Shown: in pieces, positions 13,047 to 27,300 of the stretch
How the letters are laid out: each line of letters starts with the position of its first letter
Position numbering within the stretch: the first letter of the stretch is position 1
DNA from: Monocercomonoides exilis PA203
Lineage: Eukaryota; Protista; Preaxostyla
Length of the DNA: 64,000 bases
Direction: 5' to 3'
NCBI GenBank assembly: GCA_001643675.2
Contig: LSRY02000022.1
Span: forward strand, 310,001-374,000
Notes under the pieces: model-generated
The model's input: the letters and a program-made list of their open reading frames with translations, nothing else
Databases searched by the model: none
What the model was told of the DNA's origin: nothing
Position numbers and translations under genes: made by a program

Positions 13047-16000
13047 ATGACTTCCTACGGGTTCTCCTCGCGTCATAGCGAGGCAGAAACAGTTTGAATT
13101 ATTTTTATAATGATTTTTCTTTGGCTAAACCAGAATTCTCTCGTTTTTTTTCTTTTTGCCAGGACTTTTCTTCATCTGCTTTTTTCTCACTTACCAAGGC
13201 ACTTGAAATAGTCACTTCACCAAACAAAAAAGAACTTCAAAGAAAATTGAAGGAGGACTGTGCGGAAGTGCAAAAAGAACTGGAAGAAGTCAGAGACCGT
13301 TTGCCAAATTTTTATTAATATATTTTTAAAAATGAGCTTAAAATTACTGACTTTGCAGGAGATGCTTCTGTTTACAGCAGCGCTGTTCCAATGTTTTCGA
13401 CTGTTTATTCTGATGTTTTAAAGCAACCAGAAGCTCTTGAAGAATTGAACGATAATTTAGATGATGCAACTTCTTTTTTTTCCTACACAGATTCTGCAAA
13501 ACTTGACGACATACACAGAGAAATTGAATTTCAGACGATATTGGAAGGATATTTGGAACAACTTATTCTAATGAGAAAAGCTCGGAGCATCATTGAAACA
13601 TTTGAGCGCTCAAATTTATTCTTTATTGCATCCTATCTTTTTGCTTCCACGCGCACAGCGTTCACCCAATTTCCTCCCATGCGCTCCAGTGTAATCTACG
13701 GGCTTTCGTCATTTCTCCAGAAAAAAGCGCCCGTATTGTGCACAACCATCGTTGAAGAGATTCTGTCATTCATCACCAGAAGACCTTGCTGGGGCCTTCC
13801 AGACTTCTTCCCGAACGAGGACATCGGAAGCGCGGAAAACGACGAGGACTCGCTGCGTCTGTTCCTGTTCTATCTGAGCCAGACGCCTGTTGGGCAGAGG
13901 ATGAATGCTGCGATGCCACCGATGGTGCTTCCCACCTCCTCACGGACTGTTCTGTTGGACGAGCGGCAGCCGAATGAGAGGCCGACGCCTGTGCCTGTGT
14001 TTGACTATGGCTGCTTACGTGTGGTCTCTTCGTTCACAACCGCCCTCGAGCGAACTGTGACTGCGCTTGCGAACGACCCCATCTGCCCGTCTTTGGCAGA
14101 CTCGGTGCACTTCTTCATGACGCTGGACGGGTCAGTGGAGACTTCGCCATTGTTTCAGGATGGAGGAGGAGGAACGGGAGGAGGAGGAGGAGGAGGAGGA
14201 GGAGGAGGAGGAGGAGGAGGATATGAAAGAGGTGGTTCTGCTGCATCCTATGCGTATTCTTCTTCTTCTTCTTCTTTGTCTTCTTCGCTTGATAGAATGC
14301 TTCCTTCTTCTTCCTCTTCCTCTTCCTCTTCTCTTCCTCCATTGAACACTTCATCCTCCTCCTCTTCCTCCTCCTCCCCTTCTCTTGCCTTCCAGCGTCT
14401 GGCCATCTTCTTCGACAGCCCCCTCCGCAGCGGGGCAGCCGAGTATCTTGTCTCTCTCCTGCGTGCGCTGCTCTGCTTTTCCGACCCCGTTTCAGTTGTT
14501 GCCTCGCTCAGCACCCGTCTCAATGCGCATCTGATCCAACTAACGAGCGAGGCAGCGTTCTTGTTTTGTGCAATTATGACGATACACTCAGCAGACACGC
14601 TCTCTTCGCAGAGCTCGGCATATGGCACTGGGAATAATAACAGCAATAATAATAACAGCAATAGCAGTGCTAATAATAATAATAATAATAATAATAGCAA
14701 TGGAAGTGGAAGTGCTAATAGAAGTCCAAATTCTTTAAATAATAATAATAAAAATAAAAATGGATCTAATAATTCTATTAATAGCAATAGCCATAACAAC
14801 AATAGCATTGAAGGCAGTGGAGGAGGAGGAGGAGAAAGAGGAGGAGGAGTGGAGAATGAGCAAGACAGCTTCTATTCGCAGTCTTCTGCTGCTGCTTTTC
14901 AGGCGAGTGCGATTTTGTCAGAGAGGACAGCGAGGTTTCTGAGGGAGTTGGATTATCAGAGGGAGAATCCAGACACAAGCAATAACATATTCTCATCCAC
15001 ACGTGTGTTGCATAAGTGGAATATTTTTATTTTATTTATTTTGATTGAATTAAATATGATATGAATCTTTCTATGTTTTTTATTTGTTAATTTTGATTAT
15101 TAATCAATCAATTAATTTCTTCTCAAAATTTTTTTCCTTCTTCTTCTTCCCAATCAGTCCACCCCCGCCCTTCCCTCCTCTTCAAACGCACCCCCCTCTC
15201 CTCCACGCCCATCCACCGCCTCGTCCTCTCCTTCATCGTGCACTCCATCCGCTCTCCATACGACAGGGTGTCTGTCTTTCTCTCCCTGCTCTTGTCTCTC
15301 TTCACCCGCGTCTTCATCCTCCTCTCTGTCGTCATCACTGCCCTCGACCCCCTCCTCGCTGCTTGCTTGCCCACCCTTCCTTCTCTCAACAGCAATAACA
15401 ATATGAACAATATGAATAATAACAGTGCTTCGAGTGTGCTATTTGATATTCTGATATATTCTTTTTTATTATGTTTATTATGTTTATTGTGCTATATATA
15501 TGGATATTTTGTATTATTCATACTTATTGTGATACAAAATATTAATATTTTAATTTAATTTAATTATATTTATTTATTTATATTTATTTATTTTCCCATT
15601 TATTTATTTATCTATATTTTTATAATTTCACTCAGAAACCAACCTCTCCTCCTCTTCTGGCTCTGCCTTCTCTCTCTTCTCCTCTCCTTCTCCTTCTCCC
15701 TCTCCCTCTCCCTCACACACCCACAACCCATCCTCCTCATTCTCTTCCTCTTCCTCTCTTCCTCTTCTTTCTTCTTACTCTTCTCTTCCTTCCTTCGCCC
15801 CTTCTTCTTCTTCTTCTTCCTTCTCTTCTTCTTCTTCTTCTTCTTCCCTCTCCCTCTCCTTCTGCAGATGGTCTGTCTCTTCAGATTCTCTCTTAAGCTG
15901 CATTTTGTGCGAGGCTGAGCAGATGACGTGCACCATCCTCCGTTCTGTCCTTTCTCACCTCCTCTGCTTCAACCTGAATGCCTCTTACCCGCAGCTCTCC

Positions 16001-19000
16001 CTCACCTCGCAGTTCCTGCGGGTGCAGAAGAGAGAGAGGAAGAGGAAGAGAAGAAGAGAAGGAAACGAAAAAAGAAGACAAAGTGAGGCATTTTCAGGGG
16101 CGGTTTCGTTCAATGCGATGCCTGCGATCAAAGATGGCTCTATTTCATCATCATCATCATCATCTTCTTCTTCTTCTTCTTCTTTTCCTGATTTTGGAAT
16201 AGATCCTTCTTCATCATCTTCTTCTTCCTCTTCAACTTCTTCTTCTTTCTCCTTCTCTTCTTCCTCTTCTTCCACCCAGCCAAAGGGAAAATTCTCTTCT
16301 CACCAACTTTTTTCTCCTTCTCCAACGATTGCTTCCCCTCAGCCATCTCCCGTGTTCCACGGCTCCAAAACAGGAAGGTCTTCGCTTCCTATTTCGGCAT
16401 TCAGCGGGGCGAATGGGTCGTCGGAAGGGTTTGGGCTGAGGACGAAGAGGGGAATTAATTCTAATCCATTCACTTCAGCTATGGGAGGGGCAGAGAGAGG
16501 CGGAGGAGGCGGAGGAGGAGGAGGAGGAATAAAGGGAAATGAAGAAGAAGAAGGGAAAAGAGGAGGAGGAGGAGAAATGGAAGGGTATTTGGATGGAAGA
16601 GGAGAGGAAGAGGCAGAAGAAGACATGGTGGATTCAGCAGATGATGATGATGATGATAAAGATGATGAGGATGAAGAAGAAGGAGGAGCGGGTTTGGAAG
16701 GATTAGGGTTAGGGTTAGGACTGGGAATTGGTGGAGGAGGAGGAGGAGGAGAAAGAAGAAGAAGAAGAAGAGGAGGAGGAGGGAAAGGGCATAACGGGGT
16801 GAGCATCGAGAACGAGGAGTGTTCGATTGTGCAGATGATTCTGAATGGGGCGCGGAACAAGAGTGCAGCGGAGGAGTTTGCGTTTGCAGAGAACGATGAG
16901 GAGGAAGAGGAGGAGAGGCAGAGGAAGATGGAGAAGGAGCTGGATGACGATGACGATGAAGACAGTCTGAATGGAGACGCGGCTGCTGAGCCGATGGTGC
17001 TGTGGACAGAGACAGAAACTATCGAGCAGAATGTCGAATACAACTGGGGGGGAGGTGCGGCAGGAAACAACAATGCCGATGGAACTAAATGGGTTTCGAC
17101 TGCTTCTTCTTCTTCTTCTTCTTCTTTGAATGGAGGAGGCTATGCGAATGGAGCTGTTCAACGAACAAGGAGAAACACAGGAAATTCTTCTTCTTCTTCT
17201 TCTTCTTCGTATTTCTCTTCATTTACTCATCCAAATGCTTCTTCTTCTTCTTCTTCTTCTGATTCTCCACCTCTCCAATCTGCCCTCACCACTCTGTCCA
17301 CCCCTCGCAACTCTCCCATCATCCGCAGGCCAAACTCTTCCATGTCTTCTTCTTCTTCCTCTTCCTCCTCCTCTTCCTCTTCCCCAGCCCCCAACTCTTC
17401 CTCTTCTATCTCCACCCTTTCTGGTGTCGCCCTCTCTTCCCCTTCCCTCATCACCCCTTCCCTCCGCTTTGCCGCTACCCTCTGGACACGCCTGTCAGTT
17501 GCTGGCGAAGAAGACTCGTTCATCCGCATTTTGAGGCGAATTGTGGTGAAGCAGAAGATTTCATTTGCATCTTTCGCTCAAGTGGGCGTGGCTGTGCTCC
17601 CGATGGCTTATGCGCTGCAGGAGAAGGCAGGTGATGGTGGGTTCTCTTCTTCTTCTTCTTCTTCTTCTTCTTCACTTTCTTCTTCTTCTTCCTCCTCTTC
17701 CTCTTCATCATCATCATCATCTTCTTCTTCTTCTCTTGCCTCCTCCATCCGCTCCACCGCCTCCACCCTTGCCTCTGGCCTCTCCTCTGCCATCTCCACT
17801 GCCATCACTTCTTCTTCCTCTTCTTCCTCTTCCTCTTCCAAAACTTCTCCTTCTTTTGACTCTCTCTCCACCATCACAGTCGTCCCGCCTGATGGCAACT
17901 ACATCTTCGGCTCCACAAGCGACCCTTTCAGAGGCACAAAACTGTTTTCCTTCCGCTCTGCCTCAAAACCTGCCCCCTTCTCTCTTTCTTCCTTCGGATC
18001 TCAACAACAGGTGAACAATGGCATTTCTTCTTCTTCTTCTTCTTCTTCTTCTTCCTCTCTTTTTGGCATAGACACATCCCGTGCTCTTTCTCCCTTCCCC
18101 TCCCACTCCCCTGCCCTCACCCCTGTCCGCAGTCAGAGCCGAATGGGCGGAGCGACATCGACGCCGCCTGTGTCATCAGCCAGCTCCATCAGATTTGCAG
18201 TGCTGTCAGCCAGAACGATCAGAGAGAGGCAGCTGGTGGCAGAGCGGGTGGCAGAGGAGGAGAGGAGGAGGAGGAAAGAGGCAGCGATGAGGAAGAGGAG
18301 GAGGAGGATGCAGAAGATGGAAAGGATGGAGAAGATGAATGGCAATGGAGAAAAAGGCGAAGAAGAAGAAGAAGATGACGACGAAGATGATGATGAGTTG
18401 GATGATGAAGAAGTCGAGAACTTCACAGCCAACGGCTTCAACGCGACCACAGCGCCGCGGATGAACGAGAAGGCGTCGATGGTTGAAGAGCTGCTTCTGC
18501 TCTCATTCAAGTCGGATTCTGAGAGCAGAAAGTTGCACCTGCGGCTGAGGAGGGCGTATGGAGACACAGACATGGCTGCCCTGCTGTCGGGTGGAGTCAG
18601 CGCATCCATCGGCGTGGGAATGGCTTCTCATTCAACTGCTTCTTCAATGCTCTTGTTTTCTTCTTCTTCTTCTTCTTATTCTGATCCATTCTCTTATCAC
18701 ATGCTCTCTAGTAACAGGTCAATTAATCCATTTTCTTCCATTTCTTCTTCCTCCTCTGCCTCTTCTTCTTCCTCCTCTTTATCTTTGTCTTCTTCTTCTT
18801 CTCCCCAGTGGCTGTTTGGAGTGAAGAGCAGAGACCGAAGAGTGGGAAATGACTCTCCATTCACAAAGAGATTTGGAAGTGGGACTTTGTTTCGAAGCCC
18901 CGAGACATCTGCTTTGATCCAACTGAAAGGAATACCTTCTTTTTCTCGCTCTTCTTCTTCTCCTCTTTCTTTGTCTTCTCCACAATCATCTTCTTCTTCT

Positions 19001-21795
19001 TCCTCTTCCTCTTCTTCCTCCTCCTCCTCTTCTTCTTCTCATCCCTTCACAATGAACGTCCTCCAGTCCTCTCTCTTCACCGATGTCTCTCTCACAGCCA
19101 CTTCTGCTGACCCTTCTGTCTCTCTCTCTGTCCGCCGCACACCCACTGCCATTCTGATGGACACCTTGTCCCCATCTGCCAACCCGCTGAGCCACTCGTC
19201 TCTGCTCTCCATTGCGCTGTTTGGACAGAAAGAAGGGGCGAATTCATCATCTTCTTCATCTTCTTCTTCATCTTCTTCTTCTTCGAAAGGGAAAGGGGGA
19301 AGTGGAAGGGCAATTCAATCTGTTCATTCTTCTTCTTCCTCTTCCTCTTCTTCTTCCTCCTCTTCATCATCATCTTCCTCTTCTTCTCTTTTAACATCTC
19401 GTTTGGCTTCCTCTTCTCTGAGCATCGCAGACGAAATCACTTCTCAGTTCTCCATCCCTGCCACCCCATTCAACATGACAGCGATGTTCCCTCTGCTCTC
19501 CTCATTCACTTCAATCATCACAGACCTTCTGGACTCTTCTGTCTCATTCTGCCATTCTATTTCTTCTTCTTCTATTTCTTCTTCTTCTTCTTCGCTCATC
19601 CCCTCCCTTCACACAAACACCCAATTCCCATCTCAGTCGCAATTGCAATCTCAACCACATTCCCTCTCGTTCCCTCCCTCAGACAATCCAGACATCCTCA
19701 AACTGCCTGCCTCTTCGCCCATCCTCTTATCTTCAATGGCCACTTTTGCCTCCACCACACTCTCCACATACACCTCTTCCTATGTGCTGAACAGAGTTGA
19801 TGCCATTTTGTCGGCTGAAAGCGCGTTCCACCCGACCGAACGCAATTTCGGCAACATCGACTCGTCCTCTGCTGCTTCTTCCTCTTTCTCCTCTTCCTCA
19901 TTCTATTCATCCTCATCCTCATCTTCCTCTTCCTCTTCCTCTTCCTCCTCTTCTTCCTCCACACAGGGTGTCCTCCCTGCTGCCCTGGGTGTGGCGTCGC
20001 TGGTGTATGGCTTCTCCCACCTCGCATACGACCTGCCCCGCGCCTTCTCGCAGTGTGGGAATCTTCTGCAGAAAGTGGTGCGGCGGTTTGTGGACAGCGC
20101 AAAGAAAGTGGTGGTGCGGCCGACGCAGAAGTCGATGATGGATCTGGTGATGGGGTGGCAGGAGCAGCTGAGCGGGGCGATCAGCCGGGGGGACGTGGTG
20201 GAGGAGGAGAACATCGAGATGGAGATGTTTGGGCAGTCGCGGCTGGTGAAAGTGCTGGACAGCAAGCGGCTGAACGACCTGGCGCTGATGCTGTGCTCGC
20301 TGGACTGGGTGGTGCGGCGGCTGTTTGCGCTGCCGTCGGTTGGGGTGGGAGAGCTGCGGGTGTTTTTCCGGCTGAGGGCAGGGCACCAGACGCTGGAGAC
20401 GGTGTGGCAGCGGAGAGGGGTGGGGCTAAGGCACCCGCTGGACGAGGCAGTGAAGGTGAGGAGGGGAGAGGAGATGATGAGCAACATCACTTTGTTTGCA
20501 GAGAGCACGATGCTGAACGAGGAGGCAGATGCAGCACAGTGGGTGGCAGACCTGGTGGGTGAGGAGAAGCTGGACAGGAACACCACTTCTCCTTCCTCCT
20601 CTTCCTCCTCTTCCTCCTCTTCCTCCTCTTCCTCCTCTTCCTCTTCTTCCTCTTCCTCTTCAAATGCCAATGATTCGGGTGAGAAAAAGAAAGGAGACAG
20701 GTTTGAGCGCATCCGATCCATAAGCTTTGCGAGAAGCAAGAAGAAGCCATCAACATCTTCTTCCTCTTCCTCCTCTTCCTCTGAAATCAGCCCCCAGCCA
20801 AGTGTGCCATCATCAGGCAGCAGAAAGAACGGGGTACTGTTTTTGGAAGGGAGAGGGGCAGAAAAGGGGTATGAGGAGATAGATGCGCTGAGCGTGTCGA
20901 AGGCGAGGTACTTTGTTGAGAGCTCGGAGAACTTGGAGGACTTCGAAATGACAGACATCCCGTCAGAAAGGAGGCAGCAGCAGCAAGCAGAGCGGATGAA
21001 GAGGGGGAATGGCAGCACTTATTATGGCACGTCTCCTTCTCCTTCTTCTTCCTTAACATCTTTGTCTTCTGTTGGTGTGTCTGTCCTTCCAGCCAGCCTC
21101 GGAACAAACCCATCAGCACTTCCTTCTTCTTCTTCTTCTTCTTCATTGCCAACATCTCCAATGGCATCAGCAGGAATGGATCCAGCGCCTCCGCCGCCGT
21201 CTGCGTCGTCGGGGCAGGTGACGCCGTCGCTTCTACTATCGGTGCCTCCTGTTTCAGCGCTGTTTCTGTCGCTGTTCACAGCAAAGAGAGAGATTAAAGA
21301 GCTGCTGTCGATGTCGTCGCTGATCATGCTGACGCTGCGGGTGGAGATTCGGTGGGTGGCGTGGAGGCATCTGGTGAAGGCACATGAGTCGGTGTGGGAT
21401 TGGGGAGAGAAGGAAAAGGAGAAAGAGAAAGAGAAATGGATTAATTATTGATTTTGTTATTATTTTGATATTTCTTTCTATCTTTTTATTTTCATTTTAT
21501 TCATTTTTAAAATTCATTTTCATCATCATTCACCATCAACAGCCACTTGAATATCTGCTGGATGAAGAGTCGCACACAGACCCCCACAGGAATGTTGTGC
21601 TTCTGTGCAAATACCTCTTTTCGCTTGTGGAAGACCCGCTTGTCCCGATCATCCCGGCCTGGCTTCCGTATGAGTCATTCCTATGCATTTTGGATGATAT
21701 TTTAATATTTTCTATTTTAATATTTATTTCTCTCTCTCTTTCTCTTTCTCTTTCTTTCCTCTTTCTCTTTCTCTTTCTGTCTCTCTCTCTCTTTA

Positions 21796-21826
<31 letters not shown>

Positions 21827-22312
21827 TTCTTCTTTTACCTTCCTTTCTCTTTCTTTCTTTCTCTCTTATTTGTAATTTGTTGTTTTCTGCTGTTTGATTT
21901 GGGGTGGAAAGGGAGATATTTGACCATCTGGATGAGTTTGTGTGCAACTTGTGTGTGGATCTGTCGAAGGGGCTGGGGAACTACAACAGCCGGGGGCTGG
22001 GAAAGCTGAGGAACAACGTGACAATCCTGCGGCAGACGCTGTGCACAATCTATCCTGCTTCGGCTGGATCGTCTTCGTTTGACAGGGTTCTTGCGCAGTA
22101 CACGCAAATGGAGCTGAATCTGTACAGTTTGTTCTTCTTTGTGAATTGTCATTATTATTATTATCATTATCATTTTTGTTTCTTTCGAACAAATTCTCTC
22201 CAGACTGCCAGAAGAAAGGAAGAAACAACAGGCGATGAAGTGTTGTGAGATTGAAAGAAAATTCAATATTATTCTTTTTTCTTTGCACTTTTTTCCCCAA
22301 CATGGAGAATGA
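13047..22312 (+). CDS. SEC8: Exocyst subunit Sec8/EXOC4, 8 predicted exons (~2770 aa, inflated by poly-Ser/Gly/Asn insertions)
   Basis: N-terminal coiled coil VYSSAVPMFSTVYSDV..LEELNDNL..IVEEILSFI. C-terminal Sec8-like motifs LMLTLRVEIR, DPHRNVVLL, IFDHLDEF, NSRGLGKLRNNVTILRQTL, SFDRVLAQY. Phase-compatible GT-AG introns 13092-13162, 13299-13358, 15003-15157, 15434-15635, 21392-21542, 21668-21911, ~22122-22203. The last donor and stop are uncertain (stop between ~22238 and 22312). Confidence 0.75.
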
Positions 22313-22699
22313 GGTGAAATATTCCTCAAAAAAGAAATATCCTGTTTATTGTTTTTTCTTCTTTTCATTTCACATTTTTGTTTTTTTAAAGCAAGGAATG
22401 AAAGATGTTTGAGAATTTAGTTTTTTTATGTTTCAAATTAAAAAAGATTCAAATTATTATTCTCTTCCAAAAAATGCACATTTGGAGAGAAAATCATATT
22501 GAATAACAGTTTCCCAATTATACTTGAAACTCTGAATGAAATATTTCAAATTATTACATTCCCTTTTTAATCTTGTGTAAAAAACAACAAGTTAGGACTT
22601 TTTCAAAATTCACAGAAATAAGTGAATTTCATGTTTTTGAATTCATTGATTTTTTGATTGGATTTTCCACAAAAAGAAATTTTTGCAATTTTTGGGATA

Positions 22700-24200
22700 A
22701 TAATTTTCCATCATTCCGTTTTTTTCAAGTTGATCAAAGATTTTGATTTTGAAAGTTAAAGTTTATTTTTTGTTCATTTTCTTTTTTCGATTTTCCAAAA
22801 GTTTCAAATCGATTGTTGTGTGATGGAGGGGGATAATTTGAAGATTCTTGGAAGCATCGAAGAACTGGAACAAATGAGCAATTAAGCATTCTTCTTTTAA
22901 TTAAAAAGTTGTTCTTTATCACATCAGGAGTGAAAGCATACTGAACAGCAAGAGGAAGAACATTGACAAGAGATTCTTGAAACTGAAGATAACGAAGATG
23001 AAAGAGAAGTTTTGAGTGTTGAAAACACTCCTCTGCAAAGAGGTGGAACAAATGGGTGATGAGAGGTATAAATGTGAAGATTTCAATGATGAATTCATTG
23101 AAAGTTTTACAAAATGAAGGATCTCATCCTTCAGGATGAGAATTGATGAACTGAGAATATTTTTCATTATCCGGTTCAACAATGTTTTTTCATTTGACTG
23201 ATGAAGGTGGAAAAATAATAGAGACATTTTTCATGAAGATTTCATTGTTCAACAAGCCATTTTAACAAGATTGGACGGTCAGAGTTGAAATGATAAGGGC
23301 TATCAAATCTTCAAGAAGATTTTCACAGGGAAATTGAATAAAACAATGAGAGCGACATCCAAATGTATTTTATTTTGCGACAAAAGTTGAATGACACATT
23401 CTTTGAGTTTGTTATATTTCTCCTTTTCTTTCTTTTGAAGGACGAATTACAAAGGAATTGGAGGAAGAAATCACAGACAAAGAAGATCTGTTCACATTAA
23501 ACATCAAAGAAGGACTGATCTTATTTTTGAAGAAATTCAGCAGCCATTCACTTCCAAGACTTCATGAATCTTATTATTGAAACATCCAACTCTTCAATGA
23601 CCAAACTATTTGGATTGTTCTGTTTTTGCTCAGAATGTTGTTTTGGAAATCTCCATCTTGAAACTTTGGATTAATCATGGCTCCTTCGTTTTTCAACTTG
23701 CCTCGTTTTGAACAGTTTTATTTATGAAATTCATTTAACAAATTCGAAAATATTGATGGCACCAATTGCCTTGTTTATTATCTGAAATCCACTCTCACTT
23801 TTAGAGTCAATTTTTCAATCAGCAAGAGTTGTTTTTTTTTCTCTCCAAATAATCAGAAAGATATTTTTGCTTTTCTTTCACCATCAATGTCCAAACAGCA
23901 CTTTCAACTCCATCAATTAAATCATTTTGAATTGAATGCATTTGTGATATTAGAAATTTCAACACATTCAATGGAAGTTATCCATTCCATTGTATTTGAG
24001 TTTTTTTCGTCAAAGAATGAGATCATTGGATGTTTCCTCTTTTTCAACAATTCCTGCCACTTCGAAAAGCAAGAACTTTTTTTTATCAATATTAATTTAA
24101 AAGAAAAAAATCAATAGAATTTGATACATCTTGAAAAAAAATGAAAAATATATTTGGATGGATGCTGTATTTTTGATGATCTTTAAACATTCCACTCTCT
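22700..24200. pseudogene. Possibly decayed coding or TE-derived sequence of unknown identity
   Basis: More complex composition than neighbouring intergenic DNA, but only short stop-interrupted ORFs and no recognisable motif. Confidence 0.2.
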
Positions 24201-24310
24201 TTCTGAATCTTGATGTTTTGTTTTTTTTACAAATTCATCTCTGATTTCATCAGAACAATCTTCATTTCAAAAAACAAAAATGAATTTCTTTTTCTGATCT
24301 TTTTCACTGA

Positions 24311-27300
24311 TTGAAGATTATCTTCATGAAATAATGTTGAATGAATAATTGAAGATAGAAAAAGGGGCGAAATGGCAAATTGATATTGAAAACTCATTAT
24401 CATTATTTCTTTTCATTCTTCTTCTCATCAATCTCAAAAATTCTTTGCTCAATCAAAATAGAATGCTCTTTCATCGTTTATCTCCAACAAAGATAGCACC
24501 TTTCTCTTTTTGTTGTTTTGATAATTAAATCAAAAATTCATCATTTTCAAGCGGAATAAAAGAGATTGAAATTTTGATATCCATTCAACAAACAAGAATT
24601 TAACATTTCTGAAAATGGAAACCTTTCTTTCGGATCAACAGGCAATAGTTGTTCTTTTGAACTTATTTTCAAGCAAATTTTCAAATGAACAAAATAAAAA
24701 AAATGTGAAATTGTTGTGATTTGTCTTTCTTGATTTGTTTCGACTTTTCATAAAAAAAGTCACATGAATGAGATATAAAACATTTCTGGCTCAGCACATA
24801 AATTATTCATAACTTCAATGAAAGGAAGGAGGAGAACAAGAAAATTATTGCTATCTTTATGCACACTGCCTTTTCTGGTTGTTGTCTGTTGAATTCGTAT
24901 CCCTTCTCACTCTCCATCACTCTCCATCATTTCAATCAACAATCGAATCACTTCTGCCAGTTTGGGTCTGCCATTCGGATCGTCTCCCCACATCTTCTCC
25001 ATCACCTCAATCAACTCTTCTCCTTCGATTCCTTCTGTCAGTGGTCGCACTCCATCCCTCATCATCTCTTGTGCTTCTTCTGCCTCACACTCACTCAATG
25101 GCACTTCCCCGGTTGTCATCTCATGCAGAATCAGTCCAAGTGTGAAAACAACTCCCTTTTCTATTCCCTCATCTTCAATTCCTTCTTCTGGTGCCTTCCA
25201 TCGCTTCATTTCTTCCTTCTCCTTTTCATCTTCCAATTCCTTTGTCAAAACATATATTTCATTGTTTCCTTCCTCAACAAAGATTGAATATGGACACAAT
25301 TGTTTTCCCATCATCTCAACTCTTTCGTCTCCAACCGAAATCAAATGCTCAAACAGCTCTGCCACTGCTAAAACCACTTCCTTCCCATCAACAACATCCA
25401 TCGCTCTTGTTCCCAGTGTGAAATTACCCTGAACTGAATGAATCACTGAGTGCAGTGTTTTGATGTTCTTTTTCTCTTTCTCTCGAAATGGCTTCTTTGC
25501 TGATATAACATTGAATGAATGAGATTGAGATATCAAGGAAACAGAATCATTCTCTGAAAATGACAATGGAGATTCCAAATCTGGAAGATCATTTTCATTC
25601 AGAATTTCATCATTGCTCATCGAAGGAGGCTCTGGAAGATCTTCTTCATCGTTGTCAATGAGAAGTGGAATCTGGCTTGTCATCCCTTCCAGCAGTGTGG
25701 ATGGCATTTCACTCATCTCAAAGCTCCCTCCATTGTTTTCCCTTCTTCTCCTCTCTATCTTCCCCATTATCTCCTCGTTTTCTAATCTCTCTTTCTCAAC
25801 TTTCTTTTCTGATTCTCTCAGTTTCTTTCGCAGAAACACAACCACCACAACAAACAAACCAACAAAAATCACCAGAACAACAATGCACCCAATAAACGCA
25901 AACAAACTCCATTCAATTTGTTCCTCTCCTTTTGAGATTATTTCATCCCCCTTTGGTTCAGTCTCACTTTTGTTCTTCAGAATTATTGATTTTGTTGATG
26001 ATGGAAATCCTGCATCCCCAAACAGAATGCACACACTCACTTCTGTTTCATCTCCACAACTGCTGATCAGATCTTTTCCCACACTCCCTTCAACTTCTCT
26101 TTCTGACAAAAATCCATTTGAATCAAAATCATGTTTTTCAATCTCTTTCTCTTCTCCCTTCCTCTTCACAGTTGAGAATGACAGATTGCATGGTATAAGA
26201 AGTATTCCTTTGAATGTCAGCTTCATTCTATCTGTCTCTTCTTTTGCTTCCACGCTCTCTAATACTGGAATGAAAAATGATGAATCTCTCTCAGAAACAA
26301 TCCCTTCAAAACTGCACCCTTCATTCAGCATCCAAAGTGAAGTGTTATCCTTCAATCCATCACCTCCTTTCAAACTCTTAACATTCAATGTTCCTGAATC
26401 TGAACAGATGATATTTTTTCTCAATGACGGATATCCTTCAATTGATGGATTATTGTTCTCAAATTTTCCATCATTAACGGTCAATGCCCCTCCACTCATT
26501 GTTATTCCCCCTTCTGGTGAATTCGATATTGTGGTATCTTTCATCATCACGAAACTCTTCACAATATCCACAACAGATCCATCCCATCTGCACTTCTCTT
26601 CTTTTGCATTCAAATATTGTTCATTTCTTTCCTTTGCACTTCCATCAAAAATGCAATTGTCCATTTTCACATCCAAACAATCCTCCAATTTCATCAATCT
26701 TCCTTTTGCTTTGTTTGAACTGACTCCGCCCATTGTGCAATTTACCAATTGAATCTTCTTTTTCATTGACGAACAAGATATCAATGATTCTCCATTTCCT
26801 TCAACTGTGATATTTTCTGTATTGAAATCCTTGATTGTTAATTGACCACATTCATTAATATCTATCAGAGAAGTTTCAATTGTTGAATTGCAAATCGTTA
26901 ATGAATCGATTACTGATGGAAGTGGTGATGAAAGAGAAAATGAAGATTCATAAAAAATGAGATTTGATATTGTGCATCCATCAAGTTGTAATTCTCCTTT
27001 TTCTATATTGATAATGCGAAATGGAATGATTGCAAATACAACATTTCCTTCTTCATTCAATTGTTTTGAATTGAATGAGCAATTCATTATCTCAAGAATC
27101 CCTCCCTCTGGTGATATCAGCGATTCATGTGAAGAGATGAAATTCGAATCAAACACAAAGTTCACTCTCATCAATGAGACAGCTCCAGTTGTTGAAATTA
27201 AAGAATCCTTTGTTTTTTCAATGTTTGATTTCACTTCAACATCACAGTTTTCTCTATTCTTCGAGCTCAGACTCATTTCCTTCAGACTTATCTCTTCGCC

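Noticed and set aside
3471-22312. Rab32 and Sec8 as a functional trafficking cluster
   Set aside because: Separated by an unrelated gene, with no evidence of co-regulation; proximity is plausibly chance.
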